The notes: generated from the sequence alone by a model not told the origin. A DNA stretch of 11,099 bases from Deferribacterales bacterium (GCA_050253335.1 JBFWJG010000061.1:1-11099); one strand, 5' to 3'. Positions 1-7,200 are shown, counted from the stretch's first letter. A program made the numbers and translations.

Positions 1-651
1 GTAGCCTATGTCCGTACCCTGCTGGGCTGTGGCTGTGGTTTCAACCTTGCCTATGAGGATTGTGTTTGAAAGGTTTTTGAAGGCTGCGTTTCTGAGCGCG
101 AGATAGTCGTTCGATTTCATGGCTCTTTCAAGCTCCTTCACGCCGAAACCGTTACCGGAAGCCATGTCCACAACTTCCATATTGCGCGCGGTAAGCTCAT
201 TTATGACATTTTCGGAAAGAGCGCTCGATTCCTCAACCCTTCCGTTGGGGAAAACAACAGGCAGCATAACGGAAATGGTGGTGTTTTTAGAAACAATGCC
301 CACTGCGCTTTCTGCTTTTGTTTTTTCAACCATTGCAGAGATCTGCACTCTGTAGAGAGAGTCGTCCTTCTCTTCTCCGGTTACGCTGAAGCTTTTGATA
401 ACTCCCTGCACCTCGGTTTTTATGGCTTCGTCCACAAGCACGGCGTTCTGGAGAATAGCGTCAGACTTAACCTTAACTCCCGCCGCCTCTTCAAGGGCTG
501 TCCATTTTGCTCTGGCTATTGCTATTGTTCTCGCTGAGGCGGTGTCTCCGCCCATTATATCAGCCTCGCCTATGGCGCTGACTTTAACCGGCTGAGCATA
601 AGCGGCGGCAAAAAGAAACAGTGCGGCAAGAAAAAGAATCAGTTTTTTCAT
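1..651 (-). CDS. Exported protein with FlgT N-terminal-like domain followed by an alpha/beta (FlgT-M/TolB-N-like) domain; 3' end lies outside the window
   Basis: Not in the ORF track because it has no stop in the window. My translation from ATG at 651 (RBS GAGG at 660-657) is open for 217 codons to base 1: MKKLILFLAALFLFAAAYA|QPVKVSAIGEADIMGGDTASARTIAIARAKWTALEEAAGVKVKSDAILQNAVLVDEAIKTEVQGVIKSFSVTGEEKDDSLYRVQISAMV... It has a classic Sec/SPase I signal (AYA). The pattern V-x-A-x-G-x-A...A-R-x-x-A-x-x-x-A-x-x-x-A-L-E-x-A-x-G-V-x-V-x-S...G-x-I...Y-x-V-x-I-x-A-x-V is typical of FlgT_N-domain proteins. Confidence 0.8.
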   Translation of the reverse strand, partial: MKKLILFLAALFLFAAAYAQPVKVSAIGEADIMGGDTASARTIAIARAKWTALEEAAGVKVKSDAILQNAVLVDEAIKTEVQGVIKSFSVTGEEKDDSLYRVQISAMVEKTKAESAVGIVSKNTTISVMLPVVFPNGRVEESSALSENVINELTARNMEVVDMASGNGFGVKELERAMKSNDYLALRNAAFKNLSNTILIGKVETTATAQQGTDIGY

Positions 652-668
652 ACAAACCTCTTTGGAAT

Positions 669-1427
669 TTATTTTAAAAACACAAATACAACTTTAAAAT
701 CCGAACCGGATTCCAGAAGACTCCTCAGTTCCTCGGAAGCTGTCTTCCCCAGATAAACATCAGTATAGGAAACAACCTTTTCCGCATTCAGCGAAAGCGG
801 CCTGCGCCTGCCTTCCTGAAACAGCATTGTCACAGCGTCCGGCATATCAGTCACATAGGACGGAGCGGAGAAGGTTCTGTTCCAGATTTCCGTTCCATCA
901 GCGGAATAAATCCTGTTCAGCAGTGCAGGAACAAAGCTCCCCGCTGCGGCGTTTATTATCACAGAGTCGTAAACGGCAGAACCCCCGTCCGGTTCAGGCT
1001 TCACAGCAGAGGATGACTTCTCCGCCAGAAGCTCAAGGGGGTCTATTCTTCCGGTTAAACAATAATAACCTTTTTTATTCTGTTTGTCGTAAATTCCTTT
1101 GCCTTTGCAGGAAGAAAGAGAAGAAAGAAGCTCTCTGAAAACATTTTCTGACTCGTTGTCAAAAAGCGCCGAATCCTCCAGAGTCCGCAGACCGCTCACG
1201 GGCAGATCCGCAAGAAGAGCATGGGCTTTTTCCTCAGCGTCAATTTTTGCCCTTTTCATGGCATAATTCATTTTCACCCCTTCGGGGGATGAACCTGTAA
1301 CCGTAATCCTGCCGCTGTTGAGAATTTCAATATGCGTAAGGGTTTCAGCCGGAAAAACAGCCTCCGCTCCGAATGCTGCGGCAGAAAAAAGCAGAAGAAA
1401 ACACAGGGTATAAAGTTTTGCTCCCAA
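669..1427 (-). CDS. Exported protein, divergent LPP20/FlgP-like N-terminal domain plus a C-terminal domain of unknown function
   Basis: 252-aa ORF with TTG start and purine-rich GGGGGA upstream. It has a signal peptide (LLLFSAAAFG/A). GRITVTGSS...AMKRAKIDAEEKAHALLADLPVSGLRTLED resembles the LPP20 pattern G-x-I-x-x-x-G...A-x-R-A-x-x-D-A...L...V-x-V-x-x-x-x-T-V-x-D. YDSVIINA...FVPALLNRIYSADGTEIW resembles the YTGLIIDA...PAM.P.I...G.EVY C-terminal module I recall in such proteins. The CDS is likely; the family call is tentative. Confidence 0.6.
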   Translation of the reverse strand: MGAKLYTLCFLLLFSAAAFGAEAVFPAETLTHIEILNSGRITVTGSSPEGVKMNYAMKRAKIDAEEKAHALLADLPVSGLRTLEDSALFDNESENVFRELLSSLSSCKGKGIYDKQNKKGYYCLTGRIDPLELLAEKSSSAVKPEPDGGSAVYDSVIINAAAGSFVPALLNRIYSADGTEIWNRTFSAPSYVTDMPDAVTMLFQEGRRRPLSLNAEKVVSYTDVYLGKTASEELRSLLESGSDFKVVFVFLK

Positions 1428-1456
1428 GACTGTCCCCCTGAGCGGTGATTTTTCTG

Positions 1457-1485
1457 ATTTTAACTTTGATGAAAAGACTTAACAA
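1457..1485 (-). promoter_or_regulatory. Putative sigma70 promoter for the 1427/651 gene pair
   Basis: Minus strand TTGTTA (1485-1480), 17 bp spacer, TAAAAT (1462-1457). It lies about 30 bp upstream of the TTG start, downstream of the terminator hairpin and preceded by an AT-rich tract. Confidence 0.5.
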
Positions 1486-1502
1486 GGTAAAAAACACATT
1501 GA

Positions 1503-1549
1503 AAAATAAAGATTATGAAGAAGACCGGATTTTTAATCATCCGGTCTTC
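1503..1549 (-). terminator. Rho-independent terminator or attenuator after the CsgG-like gene
   Basis: Perfect 11-bp inverted repeat GAAGACCGGAT (1520-1530) / ATCCGGTCTTC (1539-1549) with an 8-nt loop, 14 nt after the stop at 1564. On the minus strand it is followed by TTCATAATCTTTATTTTT, an interrupted U tract. Confidence 0.75.
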
Positions 1550-1563
1550 CCGGTATTTAAAGG

Positions 1564-2763
1564 TTAAAACATTTTCTTGAACATGCTCTGCCCTTCAAGC
1601 TTTTCACGCTTGATGATCGAGCCTGTCTTAACTCTTGCGATAGCTTCCGGTTTTCCGTCAATTTTTGCCCATGACTGATCAGCGGCTATCTGGTCGGATA
1701 TTACTATCTCCACAGGTATTTTCGCCATGTTGCATGATTTCTGGCCGGAGAAGGGATCTGCTATTTCTATGAATTCGAAGGCTTCAAGCTTTTCGCCGGG
1801 TTTAACACCAGCGTCACTGCCCATGTTGACAAGGGCGAGAGATTTGTTGCCTCTCATCTGTTTTATGTAGCCTTTGGGGGAAAATCTCTGTGAAAGATCC
1901 GGCTTAACATCGTCTATGGCCTCGCCCATGGCTTTTTTGGCCGCCTCAGCTATGAGTTCGGGGTTAAGACCCTGACCGCCGCCGGCAACCTCACGGCCTT
2001 TGACTTTGTTATTGATAACAACCTGACCTGTTTCAACATCTATCATCTTCACAGTCATTTCCACGTTTACAATCCAGCCTGTCTGCGTGTTTGCGGCGGC
2101 TTTGCCCACTGCAAGGGCAAGATTGAGCCATGCATTGCCTGTGTCATTGGAATTGCTTTTATCCGGAGCAACATACTTTGCGCTTATACTGTCCACGGTA
2201 CCGGCGAAAATATACTGCACACCTGCGAGTTTACCCGCTCTGACGGCTGTGTCGGGATCTGCTATTGCCATCTGGAATTTCTGTTCGCTGAGTATGCTTT
2301 CAAGGCTTGATCTGTCGAAAATGCTCATTCCGCCAACATTGGCGACAACGTTTTCAGTGGCCGACTGTGCATATTCGCCTATTTTGGGAGCAACTTCCCT
2401 CATATAAGTGTCAACCTGTCCGGAGGATGTCACATCGGTTTTGGATGCGCCGACATGCCCCACACCGATCGCCCCGGGCGCAGCAACAACACCCACTACG
2501 CCCGCACTGGTACGTTTTGTTGTGGACTGACCCGCATAGCTGGTATTGGAAGCGGTCATCTTTCCGTAGGAAGTGTTATTAAGGAACTGCGCAACAGCAA
2601 CTCTGGGCTTGTCAAACTTATAAAACGCTTTACAAACATCAGGGATAACTACCATTTCGGCATCTGCCGCCGTAACCTGAGCGGACATAGGATCAACCTT
2701 AGGTCCCCCGCCTGTGCAGCCCGCAACCGCGGCCGCAAGGACAAACAAAAATAATTTTCTCAT
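1564..2763 (-). CDS. CsgG/HfaB-family lipoprotein with C-terminal FlgT-C-like beta domain
   Basis: Start moved to ATG 2763 (GAGG 7 nt upstream). It has a lipoprotein signal MRKLFLFVLAAAVAG-C. CsgG/HfaB-like motifs are KPRVAVAQFLN, IFDRSSLESILSEQKF, GKLAGVQYIFAGTV and VEMTVKMIDVETGQVV. The C-terminal GYIKQMRGNKSLALVNMGSDAGVKPGEKLEAF fits the V/I-N-x-G-x-x-x-G-V-x-x-G-D/E-x-L/F pattern of FlgT_C-like domains. Confidence 0.8.
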   Translation of the reverse strand: MRKLFLFVLAAAVAGCTGGGPKVDPMSAQVTAADAEMVVIPDVCKAFYKFDKPRVAVAQFLNNTSYGKMTASNTSYAGQSTTKRTSAGVVGVVAAPGAIGVGHVGASKTDVTSSGQVDTYMREVAPKIGEYAQSATENVVANVGGMSIFDRSSLESILSEQKFQMAIADPDTAVRAGKLAGVQYIFAGTVDSISAKYVAPDKSNSNDTGNAWLNLALAVGKAAANTQTGWIVNVEMTVKMIDVETGQVVINNKVKGREVAGGGQGLNPELIAEAAKKAMGEAIDDVKPDLSQRFSPKGYIKQMRGNKSLALVNMGSDAGVKPGEKLEAFEFIEIADPFSGQKSCNMAKIPVEIVISDQIAADQSWAKIDGKPEAIARVKTGSIIKREKLEGQSMFKKMF

Positions 2764-2793
2764 CACCACACCTCAATATTTGAGTAATGTTAA

Positions 2794-2813
2794 ATTTTAG
2801 CATAAATATTATA
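2794..2813 (-). promoter_or_regulatory. Candidate -10 elements for the CsgG-like gene
   Basis: The AT-rich 81-bp intergenic region holds, on the minus strand, a perfect TATAAT (2813-2808) and an extended -10 TGcTAAAAT (2802-2794). Matches to -35 are weak or poorly spaced. Confidence 0.4.
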
Positions 2814-2844
2814 GTGTGAACAAAAAAATAACAAATGGCGGAAA

Positions 2845-3483
2845 CTATTTTTTGCCGAGAACGGCCATGACTTTCTGAAGGTCTTCCCATGCGGGTTTTT
2901 TCATATTCGGACTGCGGAGAAGATATGCCGGATGGAAAGTAGGCATAACCATTATGCCGTTCATATCAACAAATTCCCCGCGTATTTTTGAGATGCTTGC
3001 GGTGGTTTTTAGCAGATACTGGGTAGCCACGCTGCCGAGGCACACAATAACTTTAGGCTTAACATATTCTATCTGACGGTAAAGATAAGGAATGCAGGCT
3101 TCCGCCTCCTCCCTGAAAGGCGCCCTGTTGTCGGGCGGGCGGCATTTGACTATATTTGCGATATAAACTTCCTCACGCTTAAACTGCATGGCCTCTATCA
3201 TTTTGGTAAGCAGTTTTCCCGCTTTGCCCACAAACGGCTTGCCCTGCATATCCTCGTCATAGCCTGGGCCCTCGCCTATGAACATGAGCTGAGAGTTTTC
3301 ATCCCCGTCTGAAAAGACAGAGTTGGTTCTCCCTTTGGAAAGGGCGCATTTTTCGCAGGACGCTACCTTTTCGGCCAGAGTCTTCATATCGTCTTTTGTC
3401 TCCTGTTTTGCCGAAACGGCGGGTTTAAGGATGTGGCTTACACCGTAGATTTCCTCTATCGGGTTTTTGCCGAAAGAGCTCAT
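2845..3483 (-). CDS. udg: Uracil-DNA glycosylase family 4 (4Fe-4S type)
   Basis: Motifs CEKCALSKGR, FIGEGPGYDED, GKPFVGKAG, YIANIVKCRPP, EAEAC and PTFHPAYLLR, with four cluster cysteines. The start overlaps the coaBC stop (ATGA at 3483-3480). Confidence 0.95.
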   Translation of the reverse strand: MSSFGKNPIEEIYGVSHILKPAVSAKQETKDDMKTLAEKVASCEKCALSKGRTNSVFSDGDENSQLMFIGEGPGYDEDMQGKPFVGKAGKLLTKMIEAMQFKREEVYIANIVKCRPPDNRAPFREEAEACIPYLYRQIEYVKPKVIVCLGSVATQYLLKTTASISKIRGEFVDMNGIMVMPTFHPAYLLRSPNMKKPAWEDLQKVMAVLGKK

Positions 3484-4655
3484 TTCAGAAGCCCCGCCGC
3501 GCGGATAAGGATAAGCTCCGCAAGCTCACGCTTGGAGCCTTTATTGAAGTGTTCGGACGAGCCGTCCGCGAAAAGGATCTCCGCCTCGTTGTCATCGGAG
3601 CCGAAGCCTATATCTTTTCTGGAAATATCGTTCGCCACGATCATGTCCAGCTTCTTTTCGTTCAGTTTGCGGATTGCGTTTTTATTGAGATTCTCGCTCT
3701 CAGCGGCGAAACCGCAGAACACCTGTGAATGTTTTTTCAGCGGCGCGATCTCTTTTAAAATATCGGGATTTTTTTTCAGGCGGATAACAAGTTCGCCGTC
3801 GTTCTTTTTGATTTTCTGAACTGCGGTCTCCACCGGAGCGTAATCCGCAACGGCCGCCGCTTTTATGAGAATATCGCACGAGGCGACATGCTCTCTCACG
3901 GCGTTCAGCATATCCTCTGCGGATTTCACATGCACTGTGTCAAACCCTGAGCAGTCGGCGCTGATGCTCCCTGCGATAACCTTCACCTCAGCGCCGAGTT
4001 CACGCGCCTTTGCGGCAACTGCAAGCCCCATCTTACCGCTGGAGTAGTTGGAGATATAGCGTACGGGATCAATGGGCTCGACTGTGGCTCCCGCTGTGAC
4101 AAGAACGCGAAGTCCGGTGAGCGGGCGTTCGCCCTCTATGAGCCGGAAAAGCTCCTCCGGCTCCTTCATCCTGCCCTTTCCGCTTGTGCCGCAGGCAAGC
4201 TCGCCGCTGTCCGGTTCTATGATTACGTGCCCTCTTTTTAAAAGGGTCGCAAGGTTTTCCTGAGTTGCCGCATGGTTGAACATGTTGGTGTTCATCGCAG
4301 GAACAAAGTAAACAGGCTTTGCATAAACAAGAAGAGTGGACGTAAGCAGATTATCGGCTATTCCGCAGGCGGCCTTGGCGACAAGGTTTGCCGTGGCGGG
4401 GGCGATTATGAATTTATCCGCCCAGCCGGCAAGATCGATATGCTCAATGATTTCAGGATCAAGCCCCGGGTCGAACTCACCCGTGTAGGATCTGTTTCCG
4501 GTGACAGACTCAAAGGTGAGCGGAGTGACGAACTTCGATGCGTTCTCCGTAAGGATAACTTTGACATCGTGCCCTTCTTTCTTAAACAGCCTGCAAAGAG
4601 TAGGTATCTTGTAACAGGCTATTCCCCCGCTCACTCCTATGAGGATGTTAGCCAT
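3480..4655 (-). CDS. coaBC: Bifunctional phosphopantothenoylcysteine decarboxylase / phosphopantothenate-cysteine ligase
   Basis: Motifs ILIGVSGGIACYK, IEHIDLA, APATAN, PAMNTNM, LACGTSGKGRM, VLVTAGATVEPIDPVRYISNYSSGKMG, AAAVADY, KIKK, GFAAES and IVAND. Start moved to ATG 4655 (GAGGAG upstream), overlapping the rpoZ stop by 8 nt. Confidence 0.97.
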   Translation of the reverse strand: MANILIGVSGGIACYKIPTLCRLFKKEGHDVKVILTENASKFVTPLTFESVTGNRSYTGEFDPGLDPEIIEHIDLAGWADKFIIAPATANLVAKAACGIADNLLTSTLLVYAKPVYFVPAMNTNMFNHAATQENLATLLKRGHVIIEPDSGELACGTSGKGRMKEPEELFRLIEGERPLTGLRVLVTAGATVEPIDPVRYISNYSSGKMGLAVAAKARELGAEVKVIAGSISADCSGFDTVHVKSAEDMLNAVREHVASCDILIKAAAVADYAPVETAVQKIKKNDGELVIRLKKNPDILKEIAPLKKHSQVFCGFAAESENLNKNAIRKLNEKKLDMIVANDISRKDIGFGSDDNEAEILFADGSSEHFNKGSKRELAELILIRAAGLLK

Positions 4656-4860
4656 CTGTCTCCTCAAAATCTATTGCCTTCTCAATGATTTCATCAAGGG
4701 CATTGGTTGTAACCTTGTAGTATTTTTCGGTTTTAAGGGGGATGTCATCCTCCTTCATTTTGTTAAGCTGCTTGGCGCGGATGCTGGCAAGCCTCACGAG
4801 TTTGAAACGGCTTTTAACCTTTTCGTCCTTAATCCTTTTTTCGATGTCGAGCATGGGCAT
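4648..4860 (-). CDS. rpoZ: DNA-directed RNA polymerase omega subunit
   Basis: 70 aa with SRFKLVRLASIRAKQL and KVTTNALDEI omega motifs. It sits in the canonical position between gmk and coaBC, with RBS GAGGAGG in the end of gmk. Confidence 0.92.
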   Translation of the reverse strand: MPMLDIEKRIKDEKVKSRFKLVRLASIRAKQLNKMKEDDIPLKTEKYYKVTTNALDEIIEKAIDFEETDG

Positions 4861-4865
4861 AAAAT

Positions 4866-5492
4866 CTAATCCTCCTCTTCCATCAGCTCGTATATATCTT
4901 TCACGTCTTTTGTTCTAAGATGTTCGGCAATATACACTGATTCAAGATGTTTGTATGCTTCTTCAAAATTTCTGTTCATTATTATATAGTCATACTCGCT
5001 GAAAAGGCGAATTTCCTTGCGGGCATTTTCCAGACGGAGCCTCATAACATCTTCCGGCTCTGTTCTGCGGCCTCTGAGGCGCTTTTCAAGCTCCTTTATG
5101 CTGGGCGCAGTTATGAAGATATAAACGCCGTAGCCGAGAGAGCTTTTCAGTTGGCGCGCCCCCTGCGGGTCTATGTCAAGGAGCACATCGCCACCTTCGG
5201 CGATAATTCCCTCAACAGTGCGCCTTGATGTGCCGTAATAGTTGCCGTGCACCTCAGCCCATTCTATGAACTCGCCCTCGTCTATCATCTTTTTAAATTC
5301 GGGCACATCCACAAAAAAGTAGTCCGTTCCGTGGGCTTCATCGAATCTGGGTTTTCTCGTGGTGTAGGAAATGGAATACCGGAGCGCCCTGTTGTTCTCC
5401 AGAAGTTTATTGCACAGGGTGGTTTTGCCCGCTCCGCTGGGAGCACTGACAACAAAAAGCTTACCCTGTTTAAAAGTATTTCTGTCAGACAA
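4866..5492 (-). CDS. gmk: Guanylate kinase
   Basis: P-loop VSAPSGAGKTT, plus SYTTRKPR, DYFFV, EWAEVHGNYYGT, LDIDPQGA and ELEKRLRGR. The probable start is TTG at 5492 (AGGTG 7 nt upstream), overlapping the yicC stop. The ORF-track start at 5543 lies too deep inside yicC. Confidence 0.96.
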   Translation of the reverse strand: MSDRNTFKQGKLFVVSAPSGAGKTTLCNKLLENNRALRYSISYTTRKPRFDEAHGTDYFFVDVPEFKKMIDEGEFIEWAEVHGNYYGTSRRTVEGIIAEGGDVLLDIDPQGARQLKSSLGYGVYIFITAPSIKELEKRLRGRRTEPEDVMRLRLENARKEIRLFSEYDYIIMNRNFEEAYKHLESVYIAEHLRTKDVKDIYELMEEED

Positions 5493-6360
5493 TGTTCTGC
5501 ACCTGCTCACGGATTCTGTCAAGCTCGCTTTTCGCCCTGACAACGCTGTTTATTATGCCGATTTTACTGCTCTTTGAGCCGATTGTGTTAAACTCGCGGT
5601 TAAACTCCTGACAAAGGAAGTCAAGTTTTTTGCCGCAGGCGGCCTTGGAGCCGATAATCTGCCTCATGTGCTCCGCGTGGGCGTATATGCGGGTAACTTC
5701 CTCGCTTATATCGCTCCTTTCGGCGTAAAGGGCGGCCTCCTGAATTATCCTTTCATCGGAAAAGCCTTCGGGAAGAAGCTCCCTTACTCTGGCATTATAC
5801 TTATCATACCAGTAATTATAAACATCTTTGCGGTTTTCATCAATCTCACGGTTCATTTCCTCAAGAACCGCAACACGCTCAAGGAGATCCGCCTTGAGCG
5901 CCTCGCCTTCTCTCAGCCTCATGGATTCCAGTCCGTCAAGCGCTGTTTTCAGGGCATCCATGAGCACGGTTCCCGCTGTATCGCCGAGGGAGTCGTCCTC
6001 TTCCGTGCCTATCACGTCAGGAAGGGAGATAACATGATCCAGAGTGAGGTTTCCGTCAAGGGAAAATTCGTCCTTCGCGGCGGTGAGAGTGTTTATGTAT
6101 CCCTGAAGAAGCTCTCTGTTAAGTTTCGGTTTGTACTGGGATTTTTTCAGGCTGACATCAACGAAGACATCCACCTTCCCTCTCTCAAGGCGTTCCCTGA
6201 TGAGGTTTTTTACAGAAATTTCGATGAAGGATAGATATTTGGGCATTCTGATGTTAAGATCTAGATACTTGCTGTTAACGCTTTTTATCTCGACCTTTAC
6301 ATCACAGCTTTCTGAAACGGAGATGCCTTTTCCGTATCCTGTCATACTTTTTATGCCCAT
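5485..6360 (-). CDS. yicC: YicC/YloC-family endoribonuclease
   Basis: Starts [10 protein letters not shown] at ATG 6360 (RBS AAGGAG), 291 aa. Motifs [51 protein letters not shown] and REQVQNI. The ORF-track extension to 6624 is spurious. Confidence 0.95.
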   Translation of the reverse strand: MGIKSMTGYGKGISVSESCDVKVEIKSVNSKYLDLNIRMPKYLSFIEISVKNLIRERLERGKVDVFVDVSLKKSQYKPKLNRELLQGYINTLTAAKDEFSLDGNLTLDHVISLPDVIGTEEDDSLGDTAGTVLMDALKTALDGLESMRLREGEALKADLLERVAVLEEMNREIDENRKDVYNYWYDKYNARVRELLPEGFSDERIIQEAALYAERSDISEEVTRIYAHAEHMRQIIGSKAACGKKLDFLCQEFNREFNTIGSKSSKIGIINSVVRAKSELDRIREQVQNIV

Positions 6361-6439
6361 GGAATTTTTCTCCTTACGGGTATGGCAAATTTTTGATATT
6401 GAGTGTAAAATGATACATAAACAGACTTTGGAGGTCAAT
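6361..6439. promoter_or_regulatory. 79-bp divergent promoter region between the yicC operon and the slipin-acnA operon
   Basis: Head-to-head starts at 6360 (-) and 6440 (+), each with an RBS. A plus-strand TAAAAT lies at 6406-6411 with a weak -35 (ATGGCA, 6382-6387, 18-bp spacer). The exact elements are uncertain. Confidence 0.5.
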
Positions 6440-7189
6440 ATGTTTCCATCCTTGGGAGTGCTTCTGCTCCTTGCCGTTGTTCTGCTGGCAAATTCAGTCA
6501 GAGTGCTGAGAGAATATGAGCGCGGGGTTATTTTCCGTCTCGGCAGATTCTCCGGCGTGAGAGGCCCCGGACTTATCATCCTTATCCCCGCACTGGAAAA
6601 AATGGCAAAGGTCAACCTCCGCACGGTTGTTATGGATGTTCCCCCTCAGGACATCATCACAAAGGACAACGTGTCCGTTAAGGTCAACGCAGTTATCTAC
6701 TTCCGCATATTAAGGCCGGAAAACGCCGTCCTTGAGGTTGAGGATTACTACTACGCCACAAGCCAGCTCGCACAGACCACTCTCAGAAGCATTCTCGGCC
6801 AGTTTGAGCTCGACGACCTGCTCTCCAACCGTGAGCAGATCAATGACGAGCTTCAGAGCGTTATCGATAAACAGACCGACCCGTGGGGTGTTAAGGTCAG
6901 CTCAGTTGAGATGAAGCATGTGGATCTTCCGAGCGAAATGCAGAGAGCAATGGCAAAACAGGCCGAAGCGGAAAGGGAAAGAAGGGCAAAAATCATCCAC
7001 GCCGAAGGCGAAATGCAGTCTGCGGAAAAACTTGCGGAAGCGAGCGAGATAATGTCCAAAAACCCCGTGACAATACAGTTAAGATATTTACAAACACTCA
7101 CGGAGATAGCGTCCGAAAAGAACTCCACGGTTGTTTTCCCGCTGCCCATTGATCTGATAAGCAAGTTTATGGACAGGTTACCCAAGTAG
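6440..7189 (+). CDS. SPFH-domain protein, stomatin-like (slipin family)
   Basis: ATG 6440 with GGAGG RBS, 249 aa. An N-terminal hydrophobic anchor is followed by [74 protein letters not shown] and QLRYLQTL, all stomatin hallmarks. Confidence 0.95.
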   Translation: MFPSLGVLLLLAVVLLANSVRVLREYERGVIFRLGRFSGVRGPGLIILIPALEKMAKVNLRTVVMDVPPQDIITKDNVSVKVNAVIYFRILRPENAVLEVEDYYYATSQLAQTTLRSILGQFELDDLLSNREQINDELQSVIDKQTDPWGVKVSSVEMKHVDLPSEMQRAMAKQAEAERERRAKIIHAEGEMQSAEKLAEASEIMSKNPVTIQLRYLQTLTEIASEKNSTVVFPLPIDLISKFMDRLPK

Positions 7190-7200
7190 GAGGAAGCTCT

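Noticed and set aside
119..595. Plus-strand ORFs 119-355 and 395-595
   Set aside because: They are antisense to the real minus-strand CDS 651->1, which has a signal peptide, RBS and family motifs.
1564..2763. Calling this a curli secretion locus (csgG)
   Set aside because: No csgE/F or curlin-repeat genes are nearby, and the protein has an extra C-terminal domain and atypical membrane segments. Only a family-level call is supported.
2815..2834. TGTGAA...ATAACA as a CRP- or Rex-type operator
   Set aside because: Only one good half-site and non-canonical spacing.
6383..6397. TGGCAAATTTTTGAT as a sigma54 promoter (similarly AGGCACAATTTTCTG at 9908-9922)
   Set aside because: The required GC at -12 is absent at the fixed spacing from the -24 GG in both cases.
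6131..6624. Apparent 494-bp head-to-head overlap of the extended yicC (to 6624) and slipin (from 6131) ORFs
   Set aside because: Family homology begins at MGIKSMTG (6360) and MFPSLG (6440), each with a strong RBS. The extensions are stop-free read-back through a short intergenic region and the antisense strand of the other gene.
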